Below are positions 27,501-41,300 of a DNA stretch of 64,000 bases, in pieces. This stretch comes from Tubiluchus corallicola (Eukaryota > Animalia > Priapulida), in contig JAQGDQ010000086.1 in assembly GCA_030141605.1 (NCBI GenBank), forward strand, positions 491,418 to 555,417, in the 5' to 3' direction. The notes under the pieces are model-generated. The model was given only the letters and a program-made list of their open reading frames with translations, was not told the DNA's origin and ran no database searches. How positions within the stretch are numbered: the first letter of the stretch is position 1; every line of letters begins with the position of its first letter. Both the position numbers and the translations under genes were made by a program.

Positions 27501-30500
27501 TACTCTCATTACGAATATTGAATTTATTTTATTGTAAACTTGAGTATTGTAAAACTTGTCTCTTTTGCTTTTTTATTTGTATGTGGTTATCGGTAATAAA
27601 TGTGAAGAACCGCCAACATTTTGTTGTGCATGAGATCATCTTTCTGATATGACAAACAAGCATGGTTACTTTTATCAAAAATTAACTATAATATGTTAAA
27701 AAACCCCAATGTTTGTTGGGGTTATACAAGCCTTAATACTCTCATTTATAGAGCAGTTCCAGGCTTGTTTTATTTAGATACATACTAAACATTCATTCAT
27801 TCTGTGCAAACTGCTACAATACAAGGAGCAATGCAACTGTAGTCATAGGCTAGCAAGCGTCTGCTAATATTAGTAACTTATCATTATGATATTACTAACT
27901 CGAGAAATAAATGCCACAACTTATTTTTACTACACATATGATTTAAGCAACATAAATTTAATTTATAAGTGCATGATATGTGTGTTAGCAAAAAACATTT
28001 GAATTTTCTCAAAGTTCTTACAAGCACTGGGCTGTGCATATTTAGGAATTAAATTACACTTTCAATGGAAATAATGCATTTCCAAGCTTAAGATAGAAAG
28101 TGATAGCAAAGTTAACAAATGGGCTAGGCCTAATATATGGATATTGTGGTAGAATCCACAAGACTATGACAAGTGCCAGTATGTAAAACTTAAACACCTT
28201 GCAGCAGTAATATCTAAACTAGTAATCATGGCTTACCCTACTACGGCAGTTCCATGTAGTTGTGGACCGGCGAAATCTAAATCGACGTCTCCCGTTAAAT
28301 GAACATAATCGTGTTTGTATGCCGTTTTAATCTTACCAGACTTCTTACTGAAATTCCAATAAAATTCAGTAATAACATCCAGGCATATCAAAAACACAAT
28401 AAACAATTTTCCATCTCATGCTCCAGGCAAACTGCTTCACTTATGTTTAATTACTTTTCCATTTTCTAATTATTTTTATGAACAAATAATTTGACATTCT
28501 GGATAATATTTCACAATGTATTGGATAAACAACTGGCTGCACTGGAGAAGCCAGAGATGTGAAAGGGCCTTTACCCCGTCTGAGGAGAAAACGAAGAATC
28601 AAAGGTCAGTTTCAGGCCCTTTGCTAGTTGATCCTCAATTGTTATTTCTGTTGCCAAGACATTGTCCGTGTCCCATTTCTCTTTAAAAGATAGGCCTGAA
28701 AGTACACAATCCAAAGGTGATATAGTTAAACAACATTACGTACATTGTGTCATCGAAAGAAACAGATTCAAAATCTAGCAAAAATTAGCATTACTTTTTG
28801 GTATTACGTGCTCAGAACAAGTTCTGAGTATTGTACACTACTTACGAAGCCGCTCTTTTCGATTCACAGGAAAAGCCTGACAAAGATGGCAACAAGGACG
28901 CTTTCTGACAGTATTACTTCTTATGTACATTCACAATCACAGGCCAGGAAAACTAACCATCAAGAACAGCTACATTAAACTCGAAACCTACATTAATATT
29001 AAGCAACAGGCTGCAAGCACGTTTTCAGACTGAATTCACGTTCGCAGACTTGCAAATTTGGTTTAAAGCAGGGCATTTCAAATTTCAATTCAAGATTCTA
29101 ACAATAATGGTTAGGGCTGCAGCGATACACCTAGGTCACGATACGATACATGATACATATCACGAAACTAACCCACCGATATGATATATATATATATCAT
29201 ATCTGTGGGTTAGTATATATATCCTGATACACTTGAGTTAACGTCAGCAGGTATTACAAAAAAATTAGCTGAAGCCATTGATAATAAACGTTAAACATAT
29301 TTTATCTGTCAACATTTTAGGATTGCTAGATGTTAAAAGCACTCGATAAACTGTTTGATTTTTAATCATTAAATGTGCAATATGTAGGTTATTGTTTGCA
29401 TTGTAACCCACCAGAAAAGCAAAACATATCAATAACTTTAGGTTGAAAAGTTGCTTGTGCATTTTCTAATTCACTTAAATTGCCAATTCACAAGTTTATA
29501 TGTAAACAATGAAATTAGGTTAAGTACTACATAGTAAACACCTTGTATTTTCAACTGCTTTGGCTGTTAGCAGTGCCTGTTGAGTCAACTACTGCCTGCG
29601 CTTTGCACTGATTGTATTACATTGAAACACAAGCTATAGCATCATCTTGAATTACTTTACATCGTTTTTATCAGTATAAGGTTAGCAATATTTGCTAAAT
29701 TATATAATTGACTCAGATTATCACAATGCTGGTGCACCTTGGCGATATGCATATCGTAATAAAAGATATCACAATGCACCAATACATCGATGTATCGTTA
29801 CAGGATTAAATTAAAATAAATGTAATCGCAACAGTGCTTAGTTTCCAAGACAATAAAACATAATAACACATAATAAGCAAAGTTTACCATAGTCACTCCA
29901 TCCGTATTTTGTCTCTAATGAACCGTTTACCTTCCCCGTGTCCGTACACGACGTGCCAGACGTTGTAAATTGCACGCCGTTAGAAGTTTTTGTCTTGCAC
30001 TCTAATTTTACGGTGCCAAAATCTGAAAAAGTACAAACAAAACGTAGCAGCTCACGTTTTAAGAAAACTGCAACTATAATCCTGCTTGTGAATATTTAAG
30101 TAGTTTTCACAGCTATACAAAAAGTTACAAATAGCACACTCTCACTAGAATACAACAAAATGGGTGAAAAATATGAATTTTCTCTTCAAGAGAACTCCAC
30201 AAATTTTGTTTTTCAAAAATTTAATTTACAGTGCAGAAAATGTGCATAACTGCTTTGAAATCCTGCTAGATACTAGTCTCTTTGTAGAGAATGTTATCTT
30301 AAACATAAAACTTGAAAAGTCTAGCAGACTATTAACTGCTGCAATGGCAGTGTGCCAGGCCAATAGCTAGTAGGGAGATAAAAACATTTTTGCCGTAGGA
30401 GTGTCTTACGTAAAACAAACTATGATTTCTTTGCCAAGAAGTTAATTATAAAAATAAAATTGTTTGCTCAGTGTTGTACTTAGGTTGACATAGCCGACTT

Positions 30501-30914
30501 ATTGACTAAGCGTGCAATGAAGTAATTAAGGTCTGGCAGATCAAAAAATCAGCCAAATGCCTTGTATGGGGAAAGCACTAATTTTTGCGACTGACAGCTT
30601 GTGTGACCAGGCTTTCGGGGTGTAATAAACGAATTCTTGTTGTTAATATAACAGTGAAGTGAGTTAAAATGGACCAGTGGATGTTTTTATTTGTGAATAT
30701 AAATGGTTACAGTTTCTTCACTGCCGATGAATCTTAACAATCGGGCACCCGAGGGGCAAAACGAATGGGGTACCAGAGTCAGATTTTTGCTACATGTGTA
30801 ACTATAACATTATATATGTAATAATATAGATAGAACAAGTTAATACTTACTATAACCCTTGGTAAACAAATCTCTAGCAGCTTTTCCTAGATCTGTGTAC
30901 TGGACAGGTGCCAT
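21545..30914 (-). CDS. VDAC: Voltage-dependent anion channel (mitochondrial porin), complete CDS, 282 aa, 8 coding exons
   Basis: Exons 30914-30851 ([21 protein letters not shown]), 30022-29888 ([24 protein letters not shown]), 28695-28575 ([25 protein letters not shown]), 28347-28237 ([10 protein letters not shown]..), 27254-27138 ([13 protein letters not shown]), 25680-25530 ([14 protein letters not shown]..), 23973-23916 ([19 protein letters not shown]), 21636-21545 ([21 protein letters not shown]). All GT-AG with matching phases; total 849 nt. Confidence 0.98.
21755..21945. repeat. Degenerate ~60-bp tandem repeat, 3 copies
   Basis: attcaagwaat...tctt...tataaaggraag repeated three times. 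Confidence 0.65.
22225..22812. mobile_element. hAT-like MITE
   Basis: TIR cagggatgtta/taacatccctg and subterminal tttcgg/tttcag repeats; no TSD recognisable. Confidence 0.65.
24683..25051. mobile_element. hAT-like MITE in a VDAC intron
   Basis: cagaggcgccgg...ccggcgtccctg with perfect 8-bp TSD agccaaac. Confidence 0.9.
26540..26692. mobile_element. End of a TTAA-flanked MITE family; other copies at about 44190-44336 and 59775-59902 (inverted)
   Basis: Shared aacttgaagtgatc...ttacacgagatgct...aaataagcyyaacttccc...ggcyttt cct|ttaa. Confidence 0.65.
26870..27090 (-). mobile_element. tRNA-derived SINE
   Basis: Minus strand reads ggctaagtag (A-box-like) then gttcgatac (B-box) at tRNA-like spacing, followed by a GC-richer body; no full cloverleaf. 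Confidence 0.55.
29112..29803. mobile_element. hAT-like MITE
   Basis: tagggctgcagcgatac...gtatcgttacagg ends with clustered cgata subterminal repeats. Confidence 0.6.
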
Positions 30915-31499
30915 GTTTGTTAACCTCGTATATTTTTATGAAAAGATATTCACCTGAATAGCAAATAATGCAACAATAAGCATGCACAAATGCACACTAC
31001 ATTTTTGTAGGTTTATTTATTGTTTATTTATTCCACTCAGAAGCATACAACAGTATCATTGGAGACAATTGCAGATAGTATCGTAATAAAATTGGCTTAT
31101 AAATACGACGACTTCAGTTATATTGCATGTACAAGAACAACTGCAGTGTTTCAAATTTTGCTTATCAGGCACGCATTATATAATAAATACATTTTAGGAA
31201 ATAAAAACAAACAAATACTAATAGGCTCTAAACATTTTATAACAAGTCTTAAATTGCGCTGGCCTGGCGAAAGTAAAAATAGTGTAAGATTCAGATCAGA
31301 TATAATGTTCACTCTCATAAAACAAAGAGACAACCTAAAAGCCTGCACTGCCGAGTCAGCAATTAAGCCCACAGCACAAACGTTTGCTTATGAAATGAAG
31401 ATTGCTTTGTCCTACAACCGACAAAGTGAGAAGCCTAAGGTATTATCGAGATAGAAACTGTGCGTTATTACTTAACAAGTTAGCGCATAATGAAAGCCA

Positions 31500-31720
31500 G
31501 TCACTTGCTTAACTCACTTACCACCACTATACCTTCAATGCGACACCTACAAGGCTACAACATGTATTAACGTGTGTTTTTTTAAAGAAAGTGCAAATAA
31601 CGAGTTTTAATCACAACATGTAGCTTGCTGTAGAAGGGCAAACTGGGGGTCACACGACTTAATAAAAGGGCACAATGCAGCTGCTGCCATCTTTTGGGAA
31701 AAGAAGTGTTCTTGTGAAAC
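31500..31720 (-). promoter_or_regulatory. Probable VDAC promoter / non-coding first exon
   Basis: YY1-like AAGATGGCAGC at about 31683-31693; strong donor G|GTAAGT at 31521; matching acceptor ttgctattcag at 30954, just upstream of the ATG exon. Confidence 0.45.
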
Positions 31721-34499
31721 ATAGACTCTGTCGAACAGTTATAATATGAATTATATGACTATAAATAATATTAATTTTATTATTAGTATTATTATTAAGT
31801 CTGTGACTTAAAAATTATTATTAATAACGTCACAAATTCTGCGATAAGACATATCATGCTTATTAAGTGCAAAACCCACAATATCAATTTAAAATTAAGG
31901 ATATAATTTTATAAAAAACAGTTAGTGATTCCATTCACGTGTTATATTACACTGGTAATATTAAAATAATCAATTTTTATGCCAGCAGATGAATTATTAA
32001 CAATTAATGTTCTTTTGCTTTTTCCTTGCTGAACAAAGATCATTTCAGCAAAGCACTAATAATGCAAAAGGTCAGTGAAAAACAGACTGACTTGGTAACA
32101 TAAATTTGTATCACCTCACCTAGGCAGCTATAACAGTTAGAATCCTTCATTAAAATAAACGAGGTCAATCTCTTCATACAAAATATAAGGTAAAGCGTAA
32201 CTTATCTGGTATTGTTATAAACTATGAACTATGAATTTTATTTCACACATCAAAATACAATATTGTATACATAAATAAACATTAAATAAAATGATTTGAG
32301 TTGTGTGAGGTGAGTGTACGACCATACGGTCATTAACACACTCACCTTACTTAAATGAAAATGAAAAAATTATTAAACTTATGCGTGCTTTTGTAGATGA
32401 CTCAATGAAATTGATGTAATATAGTTAATGATGTAATAATAGCAAAGAAACATAATATGGAATTACGATTTTGATATAAATATTGAAATAATTTTGAAAT
32501 AAAGTAAATGATGTGATAATAGCAAGGAAACATAAAACTAGAGAAATATAATAATAAAACTAAGGTAAGGCTGAAATGTCATTGCGTATATTCTATCATG
32601 TAAAGAAACGTAATAACACAAACATACAGAGAAGTAAAAGACAAAAAAACATTGCCCATTTTATTTGTATAAGTTTTAATGTTTCATAGCCCATACATGC
32701 AAAAGCCAAAACTGATATGTTTAATATTATTGAAAGGGCTATTAAGTTTTACCAAAAACACTACACTACACAAACAAGACAAGAACTTTTGGTGTAATCA
32801 CTATGTCACAAAAGATAAGTAAACAACGTCAACAATATTATTTTAACACCACCATAATTGTTACTTATGTCGGTGCAGCAAAAAATAATACAGCTGCCAA
32901 CTTAGACAGCCAACCGCAACAGGACTGAGCCATTTTAGGCCTATATGGCTTCTATAATATTATTATTGGCATTTCCAATGCAATAATGTAATTATTAAAA
33001 ATGTACATTGCAAAAACAGTAATGCAATATAACACTGCACAATTATACATATACATATATATATGTAAGTATTTATAAAAGGTAATACAGGTATAACTGC
33101 TACAGACTATAAAACTATCAAGGTGAAAAAGGGTAATGACTAATAAAAATGGTAAAAAGAGTCAAAAGAAATTTGCTAAATATGTTCAAAAACACAGGGG
33201 GAACAGCAAACACGTAATGAAAATACTACAAGCCAAGTTTTCAAGAGACCTTGAAATTAACAAAATAGTTGGTCGCTTAGTTAGTGCAATGTTAATTTAT
33301 TAATTTAAATGCCTACAGAACAAAAGATTATCTGCAATCTGTAAGAGACTGAAATAGATTTAAATATCATTTACTACTAAGAATGTAAACGTGTTGGCAC
33401 AAGATTTTAGAATTTAGGCACAACGGCTGTAACCGTATCTTGTTTACATCATCGACCTTAATTACTAAAATCCTGTGCGGAATTATAATATACGCTTATA
33501 TTTAAGAGTATTTTTCTGCAGGCATACCTGAGACAAAAACAGAGGGGATATGAAGTCTATTTCAACAGTTTATTTAAAAAAAAATTTGCCAAATATCTGC
33601 AAGAATTTCAAAACAATGTCTTGCACTAAAATATCAGCTTAGACAATTTAAAAACCAGCGAGTGCAAGTACTGATGGCTCACCTAATGGGTACAATTTCC
33701 AATGGTAATGGCATATTTTGTTTTATCTTGGAAAACAACATCGCACAGTAGTGAAACACTATACACTATAACCTGCACCACAGTAAAACACAGACCTTTG
33801 CAAATTACAAGTTTATGTCAAGCCAAGTTATTTTTAGAAACAGAATTTACGATAGCAACAATAATACCATAATTGGGCTGTTTAATCATACATTATTCTG
33901 ATAATTTATTGCAGCACCTATCTTTTGCACAACATATTTGCTAAAGCAAGTATTTTGCCCAAATTGGTTATATGACTGTGTACGAGCAACACTGACAAAC
34001 TTATAAAATTAGACATGTGAGGTAATGCCTTTAGAATGCTAGTCGTTCATACAGACCATTGGCAACGATTTTCTTTAATCTTTATAATCTAGAAAATATC
34101 ATGCATTCTGCTTTGTATTTGTGTATAAAATGCTCAACTAAAACAATTATAGGAAAAGTCGCACGCATACTATAGAAATCAAAAATATGTTTGAAGGATC
34201 AGCCTACCTGGCTGGAATTGAAGCACAGTACAAAGTAGCAGCCTTGTAACATATGGCAACACATTGTGAGTCATACATGATTCGATTACTAGCGTTTAGT
34301 AATTTTGCCGGCACTTCTCAAAGCAAATATAAAAAATACCAACGGTATATTACATACATAAGAGTTTGCTGCTTATATATATATATATATATATAAAATT
34401 TTACTTGCAGTTTGATCAGTAACATTATGCTTGTATAATTTCTAAGCCAAATGCACGTGGTTTCAGCATCCATAATGGCACGTTCACACATAGAGAACT

Positions 34500-34802
34500 T
34501 ATTGTTCAACTTCTATCTGAGAGTAAAGTCGCATGTGTGAATGGCTTGGCAACTACTCTTGCAAGTTATTGCACAAGTTAACTCATGGCAACTGGCACTG
34601 AGTTTGCAATAAGTTGCAAGAGATGTTGCCAAGCTGTTCACATGTGCGGCTTTACTCTCAAGATGTTGCCAAGCCATTCACACGTGCAACTTTACTCTCA
34701 GGGAGAAGTTGCGCAACAAGTTGTGAGAGAAGTTGTCAAGCTGCTCACATGTGCAACTTTACTCTCAGAGAAAAGTTGCGGAAAAGTCCATGTCTGAACT
34801 TG
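34500..34802. mobile_element. Fold-back MITE built from ~40-bp units in both orientations
   Basis: ctgagagtaaagtcgcatgtgtgaatggcttggcaac is inverted against three copies of gttgccaagc...cacatgtgcaactttactctcag. Confidence 0.7.
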
Positions 34803-35357
34803 CTATTAGACAAAAACAGCCAGGCAACAAACCAATTAACTATTAAATCAATCTATAAGCTTTCTATTGAAAAAGTTACTTTACCCTTTAACCACAGCAA
34901 GTTGAAATGCATCTAAATTAACATGAATAGAATATAAATCACTGAATGACTACAACTGCTGCAAAACTGCAATTCCTAAATTGAGTCAAGCACTGAAAAA
35001 ATCCCATTATTGTACAGAATTTTCTGAGATCAAAAAACATCTATGTTATTGTACAGAGATCAACGATTTACAATAGCGACTTTCCCAGTCTTCAAACCTG
35101 TTGAAATTACAATTTGTAAGTTACTAGATGCCATTTACTGGCTTCAGAAAGACCAAGCATGTGGAAAACATGGGGCAACGCACTACAAACTTGACAAAAA
35201 ATTGGTGGGCAACCACAGTGGGAAAACACGATCACATTTGCCTTCTAAGTCTGAAGCCCAAGTGATCTAGAAGTTCCATTAAACCGAACAGGCAAGCCCA
35301 CTCACAAACAAAAGTCGGCGGGTGAGGACATTCATTCGACCAGCAAAACTTTAATGA

Positions 35358-38300
35358 CTAGGACTGAGGTGCCGATGTACTCCCAGAACGATGGAAATGG
35401 ACGTTGACCCATCTGGCACCTTTTCTTTGCCAAATTCTTGTCTCTTCAGACTGCTGCGTTCTAGGAAAATTGTTCCTAAAATGAAATAATAAAGGTTTGG
35501 GTCAAAAATGAGCAGTATGGCTGTCTCTATTGCTATACAGTAAACTCTGTTTAACTCCTTCAGGACCGCAAGAGTTTGCAGCATTTTCCATGGGTTCAAC
35601 AAAAATTGCTCTCACTAAGCAGCGATTAAGTTATATTTGATAATTTTCCTACATTTCTACTCCTAACACAATGGATTTTTACACCAAAAATTATGGATGA
35701 AATGCATTTGCTTACCTTAGTCTAATTAAAGATCGGCTTTTTGACAAAAAAAAATCGAAAAAAGATTTCAGTAACTGCAGTGTTTGTATTGTAACAAAGT
35801 ACAGTATCACTTGTACAAAATTAGCTAATGCAGAAAATTTCAACTATCCAGACACTATACTCTGATACAATTTGGTCTCAAGTCTACTCTATTTTTAAGG
35901 AAAAATTCCTGTTAAAAGATGAAACAACCTTATTTTCTCCTTGGTGGACTGGTTGGTTTTCCTAGAATTCTGTACAGCAGATAGTTCTCTTAAGCTGTAG
36001 CAAGAGCTATAGCAATCAATAAAGTAGTGTGTACGATCACGCAACTGTACAACAGATTAAGCCGTTGGATGGTGTGCCTGAAAAGGGCGTCCTTTTTCTT
36101 AATTTTATCTACTTATAAATGTTTAAACAAATAGCGTGATTGGATAGCTGAGATTCATCTGAATAGAGCAGTAACTAATTTGTAATCATTTAGTTATGTC
36201 TGTGCTCATACAGTAGCAGTAAAGTCATAGGTCTTATAAGAACTATTATTAATGATGCGGTCCTAAAGGAGTTATGGAGGCATCGAAATTACAGGCTAAC
36301 TAACTTACTTATCAATATATTGGGTAAGAAATGCACAGTAGAAATGTTAAGCAACAGCATTCGTGTAATTATCCATCAGCATTGGGATCAGACAGCTGCA
36401 CATAAATTGTACATTATTTTTGCGGCCAATGTCGAGTATTGCTTTTCATCAACGGCCACTGCAGTAATTATGCGTCCACAAGATGTGAGACATAATAATT
36501 GAATTTTCTTTATTATTCTCACAGCTCACATGTTTAACACAGTGTCCCAAACCACTAAATATACAGGTAAAACTACCATTACTATAAATTATTCACAAAA
36601 AAAATGTATAAATGTTGAATTACTAATTTAGCGATATAAGACGTTAAATTACTACTTTTGAGGTATAAAACGTTGAATCACTACTTTAGCGGTATAAAAT
36701 GATGAATTACTACTTTAGCAATATAAGGTGTTAAATTACTATTTTGGCGACATAAGATGTTAAAATACTACTTTGAAGATATAAGAAGTTGAATTACTAT
36801 TTTGGTAATCTGAAATTTTAAATTACTACGTTGGCATATAAAATGTAAAATTACTACTATAGCAATATAAAAACTTCAATTACTTCTTTAGCGGCGAAAA
36901 AATTGGTTGAGTGTCTCGCCAAATCTACAGATCGCCCGCATAAGAAAACAAAATTTTGCAAAAAAATTGCTTATAATACCAGGAATTCATTACTTACCTA
37001 TCTATAAATTGAGTAAGTCGTACGTAAGCTATACATGCCGCATCGTCTCCCAGTAAATGTACACACGGATTCACGATAGTGGTATTTGTCTTACTCGACA
37101 GCTTGTTAAGAACTGAAAAGTGAAACCGGCTGTTTATAAACTAAGTATTAAGTGTGAGCCCAAATGCTTAAAGACTGAGCATTAGCAAGATAGAGCCATA
37201 AAACCTGCTGTTTGTAAATGAAGCATTTGCCACATGCAGTCATTCATCAACTTTAAAATATTCCAGAAGCATAGCCGCAAAATCTGTTGCTTTGAAACTA
37301 TACAAGCATTTACAGTGTAAAGTAACGAAATCAGAACTTCCAATTTAATGTTATACGGTTATTGATTTTTTTCTACAGTCTTGTAAATTTCAGTTTTGTA
37401 TTAAAGCAGTTTTTCTGTGGTAATATGACAAAGCATACTTCCTTATTTGTCATAAACATTTGTTAGAGGCACCTGAACTGCCTCTGTGATTTGGCATACA
37501 GAAATGTAACTTTGTTGTTATTATTGTACTTGAATTAGGACTAGGAAACGAATGGTGTTTATTACCTAAACGTTTGGAATAAATGAAAACCGTTCTTCTC
37601 AAGACTATAGTTAAAGTCATTTCTGCTAAGTTCGCACTATACCATCAAGTCAAAGCTACAATACAGAGGACTCCAACAACACTAGAACAAGCATGTTTAT
37701 GTTATAACAGTATAGACTAGTAAGTGTCTGAAAGGCACAGCCGAAAAATGAGAACTTTTAACTATATAAACAGAGTAAAAAGTTCAAAAGTATAACAAAT
37801 GAATTAACTCTAAAACCACAATAATCGTCCATTGTTTCTTTGGAATAATAATCATTCTATGGTCAGATGCCCATACTCACAGATATAGAACTCACAACCA
37901 TTTGAAATACCCTTTAACCTAGATGCAGAACAGAGAGATTCATGAACAACTTTATCCCATATGGCTTATTTAATTTCCAAACTTAAGTTTTGACTCATTT
38001 AATCTTAATTTATTTCATTCATGTATCTTGTAACAGTGTAACAGTGCTTGTTCTATGTTCTACCTTGCTTATTATCATTATTATTAGAATACAGCTGACA
38101 AAAAAAATAACAGTTTTAAAGGTCAAAAAGCAACTCAATGAGGAAACTACATGATCATTTCGAACTTAAAGAGGCGAGCAAAAATGCTCTTATAATTCTT
38201 GACTGCTCACCTTTCCTCAAGGCAGCAGTAGTAATGAGGAAATTTATGCTCATCTCAGTTTGTTGGACAAAAGCAGGGAGATCTCGGTTCGAATTTCCCG

Positions 38301-41300
38301 ATTGTCTGTATTTACCTATACTAAGCTAATACAGTAGGCACCACGTATTAGACTCGCGGTAATGTAGAATCAATCACCTAACTGTCTCAAAAACGTCTAG
38401 TACGGGCCACTCCTGACAGACAAGCTACATACGTGTCATTACACGCTGCTTGGTTGCACTGATGCTATGATGCAAACAAAGTGATGGTCCGCCAACTAGT
38501 GGGTCAGCTTGCATAACGACGGACTGTGTCCGTAGTATGCGGGACTTTTAACAATCCAGATTTTGTTCGATCTTTCTGATACCCGTGTGTGTTTATGATC
38601 ATTACAAATTTAAGGGGAAGGTAAAGATAATACTTCTTCTAGTTTCGTCTCTATAATAAATCACATTCCTAAGAAACATTCTATAGCATGTGCTGCCCTC
38701 TACTAGTTATTCGACTAAAGTTATCCAACACGTGTGCCTTACCATTGTCGAAATAAAACTTATGGAATGCCATGCCTTCAACAAGATGTCCCACTGCCTC
38801 TGGTTCAAATGAGGTCAAGCCCGGATCACAAAGCTTTCTGTTAAAGGACAAGAAAAGTGGTACGTGAAGTAGGTTTCAGAAAATCACCTTCAGCAATTTT
38901 ATGCATACATCACACTCGTGTTAAAAGAAATTTGCTTGTTTTCATTTTAAATCTACTGTTCCATGTATGTCATGCACGCAAACGTAAATCTGGGGAAGGA
39001 AAGGCAATGTTAAATTATGTCCCAAAAAACTTTCCATGCTAATCTATATTACTTAGCATTTCGCTTACCTGCTGGAAAGACTTATGTAGCCAGAAATAAT
39101 AATTTAAAATGTTCATACCAATTGGTAAAATGTCGCTGGCTCACCCTCCAGGGTGTGCCACTCGCTAACCAAAAACATATTTTTAATGCTATTGACAAGA
39201 TACAGTAATTTAAAATTTTACTTAGTAACATGTGTGCTACGAATGCTCTGATTATTTTTTCAAACTTCGCGCAATGTTATCTAAACATGCATAAAACAAC
39301 CTACCATTAAAGCGGCTGTGCCTAACGGTCATTGCGGGAGTCTAAATTTACAAGTTTTATACAGCGTTACTGTCAACGCAAGCCCTCTATGCAAAAAAGC
39401 AGTACCGTAAGTGGTATAAAATTTCAAGATGAATTTTTAAGCTTTACGTAAATGGAGGGTTTTCTTGTGCTTTAAGTATTATTCTTTATAATACACTAAT
39501 AATCCATATAATGCATACAATAATCGAAAAACTATCCAATGATTAATCATAAAAAAAAAAAAAAACATAGACAATAAAATGAGAACCATGACAATAAAAA
39601 CTTATCGAAACCGATCAACTTTTCCTGCTTTTCAAAAGTTCAGTGCAATGCATGCAAAATGGAGAATGTTGTTACATTTGCCTGACATTTCTGCATGGCT
39701 GCTTCGCTACCGTATTCCCAAAAAAAGTGTTTTCTTGAAAAATCTTACTGTCTTGTTTATAAGAATTCACCTATTAAACTGCTTTCATTGACACTAACCT
39801 TTAACATTAAAGTGTTGTTAGGGGCATTAACGATAACGATAAGTATGGCTAATTATTGCGTCGATAATTGTCGATTATCATATCGATATGAAAAAATAGT
39901 TTTTATTGTTATCATTCTAAGTATATCGTTATCAGGTCGAATTTGGTACATATCACTGCTTACCACTCACCTTTATAAAGACATTTCACTTTGGTTTTTC
40001 ATTTATGCACTGAAATTGCAGGATATCAGTTTACTGACACACGAATTTCAAGTGAGGTATTTTTAGAAGGATTATGTGCAAGCAGTATAGCTCATATAGA
40101 CATCATAAATTTAATATTATTATGTAGCAATAGGTCTATACGTAATATATTTATCTGTCATAGCTTGCATATTAATATTATTTTACGACTAAACAAAGAG
40201 GAGAATTTTGTCAAGAACTATAGTAACAAAAACTATACATTAATCGGGAGACAGCCCGCAAAATAGGTTGCTGCAATACACTTACAACTCCTTGCACAAC
40301 AACCACAATGTTTTTATCGTTCGAAATTATTCATCGTATAACATTGTATCGTCTGAAAAACAGATTATTAGTTATCCTATCGCCAAACTTGTATCGTTTA
40401 ACATCCCTACATGTCGTAACAAAAACCAGATAAACTTCAAATATAAGGATACTCAATACAGTTTTAAATAGCCAATTCTTTCAAACTGTTATTAGAAAAC
40501 AAAAAAAAAACTTTTTAATACTTACGAGTAAGTAGCAAAATCACATGTAGCAATCGCTCTAATTAAATTCTTCGTTAGCTGAATAATTTCTTCTTTTCTG
40601 CCTGAATAACAGTGGGAGTTTGGAAATCGGCAATTACAGAATTATGAAAACTGATTAGGCTTGAACAAATACTGGATACCAAGTTTTGCCAATGTGTATT
40701 GAAGGGGAAGTAATGAAAGTTGCCTATTGTAGTGTATTTTGTTTTTGCGGAGTGTTGCCACAAAAAACAATTCCAGAACTCCTCTGCCATTGTAAATTCG
40801 CAAATGTACTTAAAGCTGCATATAATTTAAGACCAAAACAACTCATACGTCTTCTTCTGTGTTCATACTACTACGCCTCAGTTTCTTTACGTTGCTGTTA
40901 CTATCCAGTAAAAAACAAAACCTGTAGATTATCGAGATTACAATAGACAGTTGGAACAGTGAACAAAATCACAGAAGGAAATGGTGTAGACTAATTCCAG
41001 TTATAATTCAAGTAGCGTAGAATAAATCAAAATATTTCTGCAATACAAACTACAATTTTAGTCTTTTAGTCTCTAAGCTGAATGATAGACTAAAGTTTAA
41101 TAAACCTGCAATTAGTCAATCATTATTAAAATAAACATTGACAAAACGAAAAGAATTTGAAAGCTAAAGACAAGGTTGGATTTAAACTGAAAACTTTTGT
41201 GGGAAGGAAGAATACTACAATAGGCGATCATCACCACGCCCCCTTCAATAAACTTTGGTGAAAGTTGGTACTAAATTATATGTTCAAACGTTTAAACTTA

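Noticed and set aside
31020-31454. 144-aa plus-strand ORF
   Set aside because: Non-ATG start, AT-rich, no recognisable motif, antisense within the probable VDAC 5' intron.
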